From Azolla caroliniana (taxonomy: Eukaryota; Plantae; Polypodiophyta), in assembly GCA_043228905.1 (NCBI GenBank), contig JBHGNT010000018.1:15624001-15688000 (forward strand): a stretch of 64,000 nt of DNA, in the 5' to 3' direction. Shown in pieces: positions 63,601 to 64,000 of the stretch. The position numbers were made by a program, and so were the translations under genes. Position 1 is the stretch's first letter. Each line of letters begins with the position of its first letter. Under the pieces are notes generated by a model. It made no database searches and was not told where the DNA came from. It saw only the letters and a program-made list of their open reading frames with translations.

Positions 63601-64000
63601 CCTTTTTTCTTGGGATTGGGTGGGTGGTGGTGCAGATGCAGGGTTTTGGTCGGCGGCAGGAGGTGAAGGCGATGTGGGCTCCTCCCATGCTTCGTGGCTG
63701 ATGGCAACGAATTTCTCTTTCTGCCTTCATGGTGGTGGTGGGGACGTGAGTGTGCGAGGGGAAGGAAGAGAAGAGGGTGGGTATAGAACCATCAAAAAGT
63801 GGGTAAGAACAGACAACATCTTCTTACCGGACTGAAATGAAGCTAAGGCGGCGCGGAGTCCTTCGCCTGTGATGACTCCCCAATCGATTTTGTTTCCTTC
63901 ATATGCGTTGATGATGATGGCTGCCTTGTTCTGCGGCATGCTCGTTGGGTTCGTATGCACGAACGCATACTCCATTAATATACGAGCAATCTCCCCGAAA
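60631..64000 (+). mobile_element. 5' part of a Tat-like Ty3/gypsy element (LTR 60631-61089, tRNA-Arg-type PBS), runs off the window
   Basis: TGTTAC..CAACA LTR interrupts the gag of E. TGGCACGCCCGTGGGAC at 61092-61108 resembles the tRNA-Arg PBS of Tat elements. No pol is visible in the window. Confidence 0.72.
61189..64000 (-). pseudogene. Antisense extra ORF of the Tat-like element: plant-transposon-protein-like N-terminal segment, Pro-rich linker, long coiled coil; fragmented
   Basis: Consecutive minus-strand ORFs 63975-63727 (KIDWGVITGEGLR..LTHFLMVLY), 63093-62245 and 62202-61189, rich in E/K/Q/A heptads. Confidence 0.6.

Overview
Eukaryotic land-plant nuclear DNA. The Tcn1-like chromoviruses, the tRNA-Trp-primed gypsy element and the gene style suggest a fern or other non-seed plant (inference). 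The first ~8 kb holds two intact, convergent, intron-containing membrane-transporter genes: a nodulin-like/NFD4-type MFS protein (+) and a CAT1/5/8-type cationic amino acid transporter (-). The rest is mostly a deeply nested transposon block whose order can largely be rebuilt from LTR termini and target-site duplications (TSDs). It contains a full-length decayed L1-type LINE; a copia > gypsy > young gypsy nest; a minus-strand LINE carrying a copia solo LTR, a gypsy with inverted LTRs, a solo LTR and a non-autonomous gypsy; pogo-like and hAT MITEs; a Tnt1/Tork-like copia nested in a relative; and the start of a Tat-like gypsy with a long antisense ORF right after its PBS. The most striking signal is an antisense tRNA-like RNA polymerase III A/B-box cassette in the U3 of the LTRs of three different gypsy families. 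Other notable signals are the inverted-LTR gypsy, Tf1-type self-priming and a -1 frameshift cassette in two chromoviruses, an LTR-age paradox suggesting a mobile copia/gypsy chimera, and an element whose two LTRs share U3 but not R/U5. All alignments and counts were done by eye.
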